NCBI GenBank assembly: GCA_051362555.1
Contig: CM120648.1
Span: forward strand, 20,332,587 to 20,396,586
Direction of reading: 5' to 3'
Source: Lingula anatina
Taxonomy: Eukaryota > Animalia > Brachiopoda
DNA length: 64,000 bases
Under the pieces are notes generated by a model that had not been told where the DNA came from, made no database searches, and saw nothing but the letters and a program-made list of their open reading frames with translations. The position numbers and the translations under genes were made by a program. This document shows, one piece after another, positions 12,188-26,000 of the stretch. How positions within the stretch are numbered: position 1 is the stretch's first letter; every line of letters starts with the position of its first letter.

Positions 12188-13962
12188 GGTACAGCTACAG
12201 GATTAATTTCGAGGACACTTTAATAGCCTTGGTTTATAATCCTTATGGTAGTTAAACGACTATTATCGGTGCGTTAATTATAGGGAATTAAACCTTAAGC
12301 CGTTGGGACCCAGCAGCGATAAATACTACTCTAACTCGGCCTAAATATCCTCAGCTCGCTTTTAGCCACCCACTGTGAGCAGGACACCATCATCAATAGA
12401 AAACTACTCCTGCCCTTACATTTAGATAAACAGGGTGATAAACCCGATGGGGTGAGCGGGATGAAAATACCGGCCTTTGTGAGTCAGAACAATAGCAGCC
12501 CGCGTCGCGTATTTCTCGAGTTAAATGCTCTCAAATTGTTTTATACTGTTGAATAACCACGAAGAAAAAGATAATAACTGAAGGTCCTTGAATAATCCCA
12601 CCTTTTATAATACTTTTTTTTACATTTCAAATGACGAACATTTTGCTTTTGCGAAACACGCTAGTAAAAATCACGCACTATCTTTCCCGACTCGCGTTTA
12701 TTCAATTTGATGCACTATAAAATTAAGAAATTTAACAGTTATAATTATCATTGTCAAGGTATTTAATTTCAATTTTGAAATAAATAGTGTATGTATCACA
12801 ACTGCATAAATTTTCATAATTTGTCTAGTCGTACACCATGATACACCGCAGTAGGGTTATAAGATTGCAGTCATTTTAATTATTCGTATGACACACAAAC
12901 TGCCAAATTATGAAAGGTGACACCTTCCGGACCTCCATACATACGGCACCTGGCAAGGCTGATAGACAAAAAGGCAATTTTCAAATTTTCAGTGCGAGAT
13001 CGTTTGCAACCCGAAAAGACGAGGAGGCAATTTTCATATATTCTAAAAATACTTCGTTAGCCAAAGAGCATGTTGAGAACGCAAGTTTCGTATCGTCAGC
13101 GGGAGATCGTTCGCATTCCGAGCGAAACGATAATGCTATTCTTATATCCGTTCAATAGCTTCCGTTTGTGGAAGATCGTCAGCCGGAGATCGTTCTCGAT
13201 CTAAGCGAGACGAAAAGGCAATTTTCATATTCATTCATGGCAATTGGTTCGTAAAAGAGTGTCAGCGGCAGATCGTTATCGATGGTTATTAACCCTCCCT
13301 TCCCATTGAAATTTATTATTTTATAAAATATTTTTTCACTTCATCACACTCCCAACCCATTTTGGACAGCCTGTATCTCAATCCCAGAAAAAAGGCTTGG
13401 TTCTGGGTGAAATGATGTAATGGAACTTAATTGAATAGCCACAATGTATTTAATTTTAACTGATGATTTTATTACTAGTGAAAGCTGAGCTATGATATTT
13501 GGCGAATTTAATTTATTCTAAATTTACATTTAACCGTACCTGGGAATTTTGTAAAATCTGTGCTTACAATTCTAAAAGGTCAGGTTACGCCCCTGATCGT
13601 TAACCTACCCCTCGCTGGTTAATTACTAGTTTACTTAACATCACAAAACGCAGTAGATCACTTTCCTGAAACCGCACTAATACGTGTATCAACAGATTTG
13701 CTGGCGGGGTTTATGTAAAGGGTGGTTGATTTTAACTTGTGTATGGGCATATCTTAGGTTTTGCGTTGCTCGTGAAGTTTATATGCACTTTTTCTCAAAA
13801 ATGTGTTAACATGTCTTGCCCCACCAGTCAGCTTTTGTTCATTACATCCGGGATATAGCGGTTCCGTTCGTGTCTCTTAAAAATATGAGTCGTCGTAGAA
13901 ACTTCCAACACTTAACTTGCTTCAGGAAAGTCTGCCCTTCCACATCAAAGTCGAACATTCTG
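12188..13962. repeat. Right arm of 1775-bp inverted repeat (partner 6237-8011)
   Basis: Reverse complement of the left arm from GGTACAGCTACAGG to CGAACATTCTG. Confidence 0.95.
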
Positions 13963-16900
13963 CGTGTGTTGCTAGACTTTGTTTTGATTATTTTCAGCGA
14001 CACAAGTTGATAAAAGTCGTAGCCGCCCTGGCGCGTAAACAAGAGTTGCAGTCCTTTGTTAGTAACGAGCTAATTGCACTCTTAACCTACCCCTCGCTGG
14101 TTAATTACTAGTTTAGTAAACAGTACAAAACGCAGTACAAAACGGAGATCACTTTCCTAAAACAGAAATAAGCTCTGCATCAGTTCATACATGCTATCTC
14201 ACCCATCTTCACTACACAAATATGAGCGGTAGCTGTCGTGTGTACTGGGTAAGGGGGTGGCAGTGAAATATTTGTTATAAATATAGATACAAAGAATGTT
14301 CGCATCCTTCACTCCCTGCTAAATAATTACAAAATTGGATTGATATGTATTGTAAGGGTGGCGTTTCGTAATTGTTTTTATAATCTTATCATTTTCTTTT
14401 GTGTGAACGTTCTTTGTCATGAAGTGCGTTGAGTCAGATGGTTTTATCCCCCGAATAGCTGAACGATTCACTGTCCATCTCATGCGTGTGACAGTTGCTT
14501 TTTATATATATTTGTTTTAATTTTGTTCGCAATGTATGTATATTATTTGGTATACGTTGCGGTGTACAGAATGTGGTCACAGACGTAAATATTTGCATCG
14601 TGATAGACTGGGCATCGAGATCTAGGTGGAGAAGGCAAATTAGGTTAATAACGAAGTTTATGGCCACAGTAATTAGTGGTCGATTTCTCACCTCATTCTC
14701 TTCAACCAGAGGTAGTTACAGATAACCATTGCCTGTCTTTATTTTAGGGACAATAGTGCTGACTCATGACAGCATTGTTAGTTTCCTACTCTTTTGTCAC
14801 TTCCTCTTCCATTGTCTGCTGAGGTATGTCCGATGAATACCGATAAGGACAGAGACATTAGCACGCATATAACAAATCCTGCTGGAAGGCTTAAAATTAT
14901 CACAGTTTATGTAATTTTATTTCAAAGATCAACTTAAAAATTAAAAGCACTCTCTACCAACACTCGGAATTTGTACAAATACTTTTTTCGAAATGAACTT
15001 TCTCAAACGGAATGTTGAGATGTTGGTATGTGCTTTGTAGGCTGTTGATTGAGATCGGGTTCAGTCCCGTCGTAAGAAAAAATATGTTATAGTGATCCCT
15101 TCACAAAACTATGCGATATTATACTCATTATTGCTTTATTCTTATTTAAGAGATATTATAATAACACCTGTAGGTGAAATAAGAATGTAGTGATGAAAAA
15201 AAGTAGGAGAGAAAACCAGAGGACTAGCGGACTCCTTATATAAAATAATGACAGGGAGAAAACCTGATGTGAGAGTAGCCTTTGTCTTCTGTCTTTCTTT
15301 CAAATTTTACTGCACTGCAGATACTATTGTTTCTAACTTTTTTGTTGAAGAATGCTGATACTGGTACGTGTTACTTTGGAACGCTTGACCCACGTAGCAT
15401 CCTAGGGGTATTTAAGTTTTCACTGAGATAGGAAAAAAAACAGAAGAAAAAATTGCTGGAGTGTTTCCTTTTATTCATTCTGTAGAATCTGTTATCTGTT
15501 TGCCAAAAATCATTTTTGGTTTGACCACTTTCGAATTCTCTATTGTGTCTGTCTGAAGAGAAAAAAGGATATAGGGTATATATTAGAAGCGTTTTACATG
15601 GGAGGGGGGTCTACATATTCAATTTACAATGTGTATGCGTACATGAAGAACAATTGCATTCTTTTAAAGAAGATTTAATTAAGTTTTGTTTACATTAATA
15701 CAAACGCTGGATAATTTTTACAGAAAGTTAATTGTCCTTAAAACGTCCTATATTTTATCAAATTTGCAGCAAGCAATAATTTGTAAAATGAAGCAAATAA
15801 AAACAAACAATTTAAACACTGAAAATTCTTATGAAAATTAGGCTATTTAAGGGCCCTTTTATTACTTTATATGAAAAACGGACCTATTTAAAACAACAAC
15901 TTTTACCAGCAAGCAAATGTTGATAACAAAATAATATTGAACGTTGCATGCAGTGAATATGTTAGTTCGAATGTTAGTTTGATCCTTTTCCACAATTTAA
16001 AAGTTTAACTTTTTCAAAGTTTTAACTTGTTACTTAAAAGTTTAATTTAGTTTGATAGTCTAACCCAACAAATGTTGATTCCATGCAATTAATGGTTATA
16101 AAATTTAAGTTGACTTTTAGATGAAACATTAAAACAAAAATAGTGAGCAACATGGCAACACAAAAATGACCGCAAACAAACCAATAAATTAACACTGTCG
16201 TCGGATAAGGCATGTAGGCCTACATGTGCCTACATCGTCTGAATTACCATTGTAACCTGAAATTCAATAAGATATAAAAGTGTAAAGTATAAAAAAGGGC
16301 ACTGAGGTGCATAAGAACTTTTAACAGTTCTATCTAAAAGCTATAACGACTTTTTTGTCGCAATGAAGTTAGCACGTTCGATATATTGTTGCTTGCACAT
16401 GTAAAAAATGGCGGCAATGAAATATCAGCCGCGTGCTCAAAGTCGACTCGTCGCGGAATGTAGTTATTGTTTTGAAAATAAATTTTCTGTGAATGGAGTG
16501 AAAAGATGTTAACAGTGTAACATGGCGTTTTAAAGAACATATTAAACCACAGCAGCATTACATGTAGTATATTCATGTCAAGCAGACTCTGTGCATATAC
16601 GCGAGTCATGCCCTGCAATGTGAGAGTCCCGCTGTCGAGATCGCCCGGTAAACTGTTCAGGTAAAATTTTAGTAATGCTCGGCAAATCCATAATGAAATA
16701 AGTCAATCAAGTTGTCTAGCGAGATATATGATGCAAGCACGTTCCACAAGGTTATAATTAACTGACGCAATCTTATTAGCTGATTCAACGAGCCACGCGT
16801 CGTTTACCGGATTACATAACAACCAAAGATAAAGTGGTGTTGGCGTCCCGCTGCGGCTTCAACAGCTTATTTTGACAAGGCTCGCGCTACGTGCTGGCTT

Positions 16901-17184
16901 GAGAAAAACATCATTGTTAAACCTTAATGCCGATGCGTTAATTACTTATGGTCGCATTGTCTTCTTCCCACGGCGACCATTCATAAAAAGGGGGCGTAGT
17001 TAGGTATTAGACGAATTTTTTAATCACCCAACGCGTTAGTGGTGCGTTGACCACTGACTTAATCCGTTACCTGTATGCTAAGTCCTGCAGTCACTTGTAG
17101 GACATATTTTCCCAACTAAACTAGCAACTGATTATCCCAGACGTTGTTTTGTATGTATAACATTGGTAACGAATATGTCGTTAA

Positions 17185-17561
17185 AGATGCATACAAAGTC
17201 AATTTTTTGTCACAAAAACCAACCAAATGCCAGCATATAGTTACAAGTAGTATAACTAAGAGAATTACCAAAAGGCATTGTTTAATTTTACCCCAAAGTG
17301 ATGTTTGAACAGATTTTTCTGCTGGTATTCTAAGCTGTATGTCAATGGTGCAGGAAAGTAGGTCACGGAAGTAGGTTAAATTTACAACCATAAATTTAAA
17401 GAAAGGAGAAGTCTAAAGGTCTTTTATGGCCGATCGAGTGATCTATTCAGTTTATCCCTTGGCATGTCGAAATTATTTGAGTCATATAAGAATCTAGTAG
17501 AAGTGGTTTACATGTGTTACTGGGAATCCACACTCCACCGATGCTCGGTTCGTATGTACCT
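17185..17561. mobile_element. 377-bp Kolobok-type MITE, copy 1
   Basis: TTAA on both sides and AGATGCATAC/GTATGTACCT termini. A second, inverted 377-bp copy is at 57500-57876, and the empty site is visible in the paralogous sequence at ~8215. Confidence 0.85.
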
Positions 17562-19957
17562 TTAAATAATTTAAGAATGATATTTTGCTATCATTATAAT
17601 ATAGACATAATTTATTCGGTTAAATTTATAAATGTAATATAAACGAACCCCCAACCCATGTAAAATAAATAAATGATAAAGAGAGCAACAGGTTCATACA
17701 GGTAGGATATTAAGAAAACATATAGATTCCATATATTTCTCATTAAATGATAAACGACCCATGGAGATTAATATATCATCAAAAATAATAATATTATATT
17801 CATATGAAATTTAATAAGTTACGTATTTTTACTTATATTATATCAAATAGAATTAGCCAACAAATATATATTTTTTTCGCCACCCACATGTGCCTTTCAG
17901 TGTATTTTTCTTCACAGTGCACAATATCATATTGTATATCATATCATATTATGTATGCCTTGTATTTGGTTTGGCGTCACACCCGGTACGGATCCAACCC
18001 TGGATCTTGGTATCTTGTCACCATTGTTGTTCTGTTTTAACATCTTAGTGTCCACCGATATTGCCTGTAATGAGAAGGGCAGACGTGTGGTTGAGTCTGT
18101 AGATGTATTAATATCCATGTGTAGCGACTTTTACAATGTTCAAAAGTATTAAACTGGATAGCTAAAATTAAAACGAAGATTGTACACACCATGGTTTCCT
18201 TACATCCTAGACGATGTGCCCTCTGTCATGTCCTTGTATTTACCTCTATTGTCCTTGGGCAGTATTCTCAAGAATGGCCTGACTGGCTTGTGACAAGGCA
18301 TCTGTACTCCTCTTTGTGGTTTGTTGGAGGACTTGTGGGTTCATTTTTTTCTTTTTTGTTCGTTTTCTTTGTCGTTTGATCCACTTCCAGTGCAGTCCTC
18401 TAATCTCTGGTAGAAATGATTGAATTTAGAAGACAACATGTTGTCACAATTTTAGTATGGCACCAAAATTCAGCAGGAGTGAGTATTGTATTTACTGTAT
18501 GTATTAATATTGATGCACTGTTTCACGTGATATATTTAACAAAACATTAAAACAAACTGAAGATTTCCAAGCTATGTCGCATACCTGCCATATATTGCAA
18601 TGAAAGGCGAGGTTTTTCTCTCTTTCTGTATTTTAGGCAGACACAACTTGATTTAGAATCACAGCTCACTGAGCCTTGTCTCTCTATTTAAGAAGCATCC
18701 TTTTCAGGGTCTGATTGAATCATTGTGAAATAATATTTGGCTTTATTTACATCATTTTCTAGGCACATACAGCAATAATTGACTTAATCAAGATGTCATT
18801 ATTTTTACCTGTTAGTCCGCTGTTCTGCAACTGGTGCTTTTTAGGAGGTTGGTTATTTTGTTTTATCTATTAACGCATCATTTTTTTTTTCGTGGGGAAA
18901 CAAAACTGATAAAACAAGCTAGGCCTTAGTTTTATGCACTGATTAAATGAATATTTAAGATACATTTTTTTCATTCATATTTCTTTAGTTTTTAACAATG
19001 ATCTATATGTAAGATATCATTACCTCTAATAAAACGATCCAGTAGGAAGCTTAAGGAAGCCACTTCATTTGCCTGCTTGGATGACAAAACACTTGCCTGT
19101 GCCTCTTTGCTGGAATAACACGTGACAGTAATGACATATTTACTGCCACTGGCGTAAGTGGTTAGCGGGCTATTCATATATGTAAAATCAGTTAAAATAC
19201 TGTTTTTTATTAATATCAACAATATCGGTACTTAATCTACCTGAATTAGAATTGATATTTCATAACGTCCTTTATGTTACATTGAGTTGTATGTAGAAAA
19301 AAAATTCTTACTGAACGACACGGCGCAATATCTTAGACAGGGATTGGTGGTACTTCGGGGGCTACTAGATTAGCCTATTTATTCCCCGATCTGACACCTG
19401 TCTCAAGTCTCAATATCGACCCTAACTTCTCTAACTACATTTGGCTACCAAGACCTTACGTTATCGATACTCCTGTCTCTGCCAAGATGTCTACCTCCAA
19501 TACAAGTGAATAACCTTCCCTGAATTAAGTTAAAGCACCCGTTCTCGGGACTGTTTACACTTACCGGTCACGTTGTTTATCAACATTACCACGGCACCTG
19601 TCCCGTACCCACGTGTGCGTTTCTGGCCGCTATCGGACGCCCAGGTACTGTAAAACTTATTTTTACTGTCAACATTAAAACAGTAGTCTTTCTGTTGGAT
19701 TGATAATACTACTCACTGAACTGTCAAAATTCGATAGAACAATAAACAGTAACCAGTCCAGTAAATTTCATTTGTAGATGTCTGCATTCAAACATTATGA
19801 ATTGATTAAAATGGAAAGTACTAAGCGCTAAAGTTTTGATTCAGTGATTGTTTTACGGTTTTCGTTGTTTTGTCCTTGAAAGTGACGCCATGCATCAGGT
19901 CTTCAAAAACATCACGATTTGTCCATGAAAACTACGCATTTGACTTGTGCTAAATGG

Positions 19958-19966
19958 TATATATAA
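19958..19966 (+). promoter_or_regulatory. Candidate TATA box of the Cys-rich secreted gene
   Basis: TATATATAA ~80 bp upstream of the ATG at 20045. Position is the only support. Confidence 0.3.
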
Positions 19967-20044
19967 CGCATCATTCGAGAGGTGAAACCAAGGAAAATAA
20001 GAATTAACTCAGATCATATTTGAAAGAACAGAACTGTGGGCAAA

Positions 20045-20092
20045 ATGCTGCGACTTTTGCTGTACTGCTGCCTCGCTGTTGTCTTTGCTAAG
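20045..20092 (+). CDS. Cys-rich gene exon 1 (signal peptide)
   Basis: MLRLLLYCCLAVVFAK followed by |gttagt. Confidence 0.8.
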
Positions 20093-23000
20093 GTTAGTAA
20101 TCTACATAATATGTATGTGCTCTATGGCATTTTGTTGTCAGAAAATAAATCGAGTAAGCTGTTCTATAGTCTCATTTTTGATAATGTACTCTTTAAATGC
20201 ATACAAACATGTGGTATGCCTTAACTTAGATTTATCAAGACCATCAGGTGCTGCTTACAGGAGTTTATTCATGTATACACATGTAGTATAGTTCAATTTT
20301 AATTAAAATTCACGTTTGTTGATTTTGGTTACAGGAGGAGTTTGAAGTGTCGTACTCGTCTGGAGAGAAAGGTAATTAAGCTAGTCTTCCTCATTGGTTA
20401 CATTCAGTATTATCAGTTAATAGGTTTTTCAAAAAATACAAGATGTCCTTTTTGTAGTATTCTGTGCAACGTTGACGTCTATCCATTTATTGTATTTGTC
20501 GCCGATTTTCTCTTTTTAGCTGTGGATCCATTTTTTGACGCCAACCAGGCTGTTGTACACAAGAGAAATGTGGGGTTTGCGCGTGAGTCAGATCTCTCTC
20601 TCTCTCTCTCTCTCTTCTTATAGTTCGTACAAGTTGCAAGCAAACACGAAACAACCCTTCCACTCAAGACGTAGCAGAATATTTATGTATGTAATACTTA
20701 CGTATTAGTTTGACACAAGACTAACGCACGGCATTCATGGCCAGTTGTTTTGTTCTAATGTTCAGCTTGCCAGTATGAAGGGGTGACGGTGAACGGGTTG
20801 ACGTACCTCCAGTTATATTTTGTTCTAATGTTCAGCTTGCCAGGATGAAGGCGGGACGGTGAACGGGTTGACGTACCTCCAGTTATATTTTGTTCTAATG
20901 TTCAGCTTGCCAGGATGAAGGCGGGACGGTGAACGGGTTGACGTGCCTCCAGATTTTCCAGGCTACAGGGATCAAGTTCTGTGACCACGTGGATTTGTCA
21001 CGGAAATGTTGTGCCACACGATGGAGATACTGTGGAGGTAGGGAAAATAAAATTTTTCAGAACTGTAAGAATGACACATATAAAGATAACAATTTCATTC
21101 AATCAAAAATAAGTGTAAAAATGTTAGTAAAAAGCGGTTTATATTGGTTTGTCAAACTCATAAGGGTTCCTGTACTCAAAGCAGTAGTTTGCTCTAGGCA
21201 GTGCTCTTTTAAATAAAGGACTAAATATTTGCACATGAGTGCACGCTTAGCTCCCTCTCCTTCCTCTCTAGATCTGTAGTTTAGTTTTTGGCCATCAGTG
21301 TACATGTAACGACATGTGCTAGTATACAGCCTGAAAAATATCATTGAGTGATTTATTGGCCATCAGTCTACGTGTAACGACATGTGCTAGTATACAGCAT
21401 GGAAAATATCATTGAGTGATTTATTGGCCATCAGTGTACATGTAACGACATGTGCTAGTATACAGCCTGAAAAATATCATTGAGTGATTTATTGGCCATC
21501 AGTGTACATGTAACGACATGTGCTAGTATACAGCCTGAAAAATATCATTGAGTGATTTATTGGCCATCAGTCTACAGTGGTCGGAATAATTTTGTTTCCG
21601 TTGTACACCGGTGTAACCACGTTTGAAATGTTTTAATCCCTATCTTGTGAATAGAAGGGGGCGGACAAACAATGGAGGGCCGTATAAATCCCTTCAAAAT
21701 TCGAACGCACAAACACAATAGCTTAGGTGGAATAACACAATACTTAATACGAGTGAACCCCATGACGCCGGTTTCTGTGGCCCAGCGCGAGCGTGACAAT
21801 CCGCTGTAACTAGGTGTAATTAACAGCAGGATACATCAGCCAGAAGGTCCCTATTGTTTGTTGCGGCGATAGGATTATAGCTTGAAGAGGCTAAACCCAT
21901 GCTAAGGCGTGCCACGCGAAGCGAACTGTCCTTTTGTTCACTAGTTTGGCACGCGCAGCTGGTTTTTAGTGTTGCTAACAAACTGCTTGTTAAATTTGTT
22001 ATCAGTTATTTCATCCTATATGAAATTTCCGCAGTCAAAAATTGAACTAATTATTGTTTGTTGGGTTGAAATGCATGAGCGTCAGCATCAATCTGTCTCA
22101 AAAAATTCCTATTGCATTAATTTATAAATGTATAATTTATTTATGTACTTACGTTTTAATTTGAAATATCTGCATTCAAGCGTTCAAGTATTTATAAAAC
22201 ATGAATGATAATGAAAGAGGAATAAGGAAATAACATATTACTTATATTATGCTTATATTATAATATTGAAATTAAATGAGGTGCATTGACATAGGCGCAA
22301 TGACAACCCAACTACAACGTGCAACAGGGGGAACTCTGGCTGTATGATCATACAATATACGAAAGTACGGTCAATTAAAAGTGTAAATCATCAGTTAAAT
22401 AGGAGGGGGTCTTACTATGGTCGCTATCTTTTGTTAAACCCGACTGTTATTGTCTCTCGAACAAGCTTAAAGCATGCCTATACAATTACTGTGTCTCCGG
22501 CTGCCGTTCAGAAACACCATGTCGAACGTATTTTGCTACAGTGAGAAACATGGTACACTAGCGACTTGTTTTAGATCACTCAAGAAAGGATGCATACGTG
22601 CGACACCAGAGGAAAAACAATCAAGTATGCGTCTGATCCATTAATAGTAATTGCACAGTGCATGTTACTAGACCTTTGTCCTAACTCAGTAGTTAGGAAT
22701 AGGATGTTTGGATAAAAAGCTTCTATTCAACTCGCTTAGACCTAGGGCGTGATGCTATCATCCGATGAAACACGTAACTGAACCCTCTACCTGAACCTGA
22801 AGTCCCTTTATCTGAAACAAAAACTGCCCCTTGAACATGTCCATTTTTTAATCGTCAAATGATTTGTGATTTCATTGAACGTCTTTGATCGAAAGCTTTC
22901 AAGTGACAATAACCGAACCATGTGTTGATTATTTATTAAAGCGTAATTAAGTTTATTCAACATGATCTATTTTGTAAACGATACTTGCCAAGATTGAGCT

Positions 23001-26000
23001 TGGATTGATCACCGTCACTATTTAGCTACTCGCCTATAATGCGTGCTGAACGACAGACAACTTAAAAATATTATCTGTGTAACTGTGCAAATGAACGCAT
23101 TTAGTTAAAATATAACAAAGCCGGCATTTAATCCATCGAACATATTTATATTTGTTCTTTTTAAACCAGTGTAAGGTTAACGCCAAATCAAAGCAAGCCT
23201 TGCAGACTGGTTTTGTTTAAACTGTCGTGCATCAAGTAAAGCTAAGTAAAGCCTGTTTCTACTTCGCAGTGTTCATCCCAGCCATAAAACTGCATGAAGG
23301 ATAACAAGACTCCGTAGACCTGTGCTTCAGGTTTCCAGGAGTCCCGTGTAACACAATAATATCGAAGGCCTGAGAGTAATACATATATGAGGCCGTGTAT
23401 GAAAGATTTAACAAATTAGAAATTCAAGAATTTAAACATGCTAGGTACATGCACATCACTTAATAAGTCATTTCACAAAAATCGCATCTAATTGTTTAGA
23501 TTAACCTTTACTTTTATCGATCTCATCCCATTGTCTCAACCACCTAAAAGAAATATAGAGAACATGAGGAAAAGTAACACGTTTACATGCAGGCGAAGGA
23601 GTTATACTTCAATATTAATCGCGAACAATATCAACAGCGACTAAAGACCGTTGCCTGTCTTTCACACTTTTACACAAACACACGAAGGTTTAATAAAGGG
23701 AGTCGCGGCGCGATATCTATCTCTTTCATTCGAACAAGCAAAGGGCTGACCCGAAGTAAGCTTTCTATACTAATGTCCTTTTTATTGTGTATTGTAATTA
23801 CTCTACTTGCTCGCCTCCATTGTCTTGTAAAAGTGACAAAGAATGTGTTGTATTCACACACGAGATGAAAGACCTCCTTTACCTTAAGTTGCATAATGTC
23901 TTTCTCAAGGTTATAATCAGTGTGAAGAGGGTGTCTTGCCTCATTTAAAAAGGGTGTTGTTCTTCATACTGGTTGTTGCTTAACTTATGCTAATCTTAAA
24001 CTTTTATGTACCAATATGGTTTTAATAAATCGCTAAAATTATTAATTTAATGAACATTGTGTATCAAACGTTTTGATACGATTTAAATAAATGGACGAGG
24101 AGGATTACGGTATTAGGTTCTATTTACCTCTGGCTTTAACTTCGCCCTGCTATATAAATGAACAAATGTTGCAGATCGTAACAAAAAGCTTTCTTATAGT
24201 GTTTTATGACATAAATGATTTACACATTTGATAGTGAAACACTCCTCGACTTTAACGAATCACCTGACGTAAACTGTCTACCCGCGCTCCCCGAAAAAAA
24301 CTGTTTCTTTTAATTTTGAAATGAATTGCTTTTAAGGCAAAGAAGTCCATTAAACCCTTTAGTCTCAATATCATTGTACAGCATGTTGTAATCGATATTT
24401 AAAAAAGTTAATTTTTGTACTCCGCTTTCATCGAGGATACCTCAAGTTGAGGTTACAATTACGTCGCTCGCCTATGCCACTGGTATATATAATTAAGGAC
24501 AAATTAAGCTTTGTAAAGTCCCTATTGTCACACACCATAGATACTTTATTTTGTCTTGAATGAAAAAATAGCCTCAAATTATCGTTTTGTGCTTAAACCT
24601 TTCATTACTTGAACCAAGATCTGTACTATAGCTACCAAGACGTACATGCATCAAGTTGGGTCTGCTGGGGGAGGGGAGCATTTAAATGATAAACGAGGAA
24701 GTCTACCTGCAAAAGCAGCAGCAGTGGTTTAAATAATCGCTATCTAGACTCCTTTTTCTTTGACAGCAACATAAAAAGTGTTTAGGGAGAAAGTCACACA
24801 AAGACCCGACGTTGTTTTGTCTTCAGCATTTCCTCTTCCTTGTTATCTGCAATTACTATCGTCAATTAATGAAATCGAGAAAGCAATTAAGTGACGGCAC
24901 ATTGAATATAGTCACTAGCTAGGTGCATTTCGCTGAGTGTTTACAAGATCTAGCGACACATTTTATCGCCACGCGTTCTAGTTTGATTAGTTTAGAAAAT
25001 TAAACAGTTACTCTGTCGGCTCTCCGTCATTGCTATGAATCTGACATCGAATTTAGTCCAAAATATTAGTAAATTCAGAATTATTAGCTAAAACGTAAAT
25101 TGCCCTAATTTGTCAGATAATCAAAAATGCCGGTGATCCACGCGGAGGGTACGCTTTCCTGAAGGTAGCGGCGACGAACGGCGACGATATTTTTCTGAAT
25201 AGTGAACCTTTATTTGTTACGAAAAGCCCCCTTTTCAACAGGCGCGTTTTATTAATTACTTCATGTCACAAAGTTAATTTATACAGGTAAAACTTTATTT
25301 TAAGGAAATAGTTTCACGAAATGAACGAGAGTAAAATATTAGTCGGCACAAATATAAGGCATACAACAATGAGTCATGTTATGGATCATGTTATGGGCCA
25401 TGTCGGATTACAATGGCATACCTTGATGCAAAACAGTCTATAGTTTCTTCCACCGCGAGTCCCTTTATTTAATGTAATGTATTACTCATTACCCGTTTCA
25501 TTTGACACTCTCTCTTTTTATCTCCCTTCCCCTTTCTCTTGTTAGAAGGAGGGTACATAATTAAGCACTCAAAATCTGCACCACCAATCTTCAGAAAAAC
25601 AGAAGTCAACGAACCAGTGGGCTGATCTACAACATCTGACACAGCAGAATGAATCAAATAACAGCTAGCACAAATTTATATGCAGTTAGCTATAGTGTCA
25701 CTACATACATAATCAGCTGCACGCGCGAAGCTGTTGAACAAAAGGATAGTTCGCTACGGGAGACCGTTTGTTTACATAAGTACTCTAAGGGGGCGTGGCT
25801 ACCCAGGCGACCAAGGGATTAGGCTAGTTACTATATGCCGTCTACAATCGTTTAGCGACCCTATCATTATACACTCTCTCTATTGTATTTTCCACCGCAT
25901 TAATCGCAGTGTAATCTTCAAATGGTCCACGGGGTAAATGTACACATTCTTAATCCGAGTACGGTACGTGTAACGACATGTGCTAGTATACAGCCTGGAA

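Noticed and set aside
7041-13158. Two identical 82-aa ORFs as a conserved gene pair
   Set aside because: The identity simply reflects the inverted repeat. A diverged relative at ~41580-41830 does not keep the frame.
20766-20905. Upstream acceptor copies as extra coding exons (also 27513 and ~34828)
   Set aside because: They lack their own donors. The 20766, 20836 and 27513 copies run into stops, and the 92-bp period at ~34828 would shift the frame.
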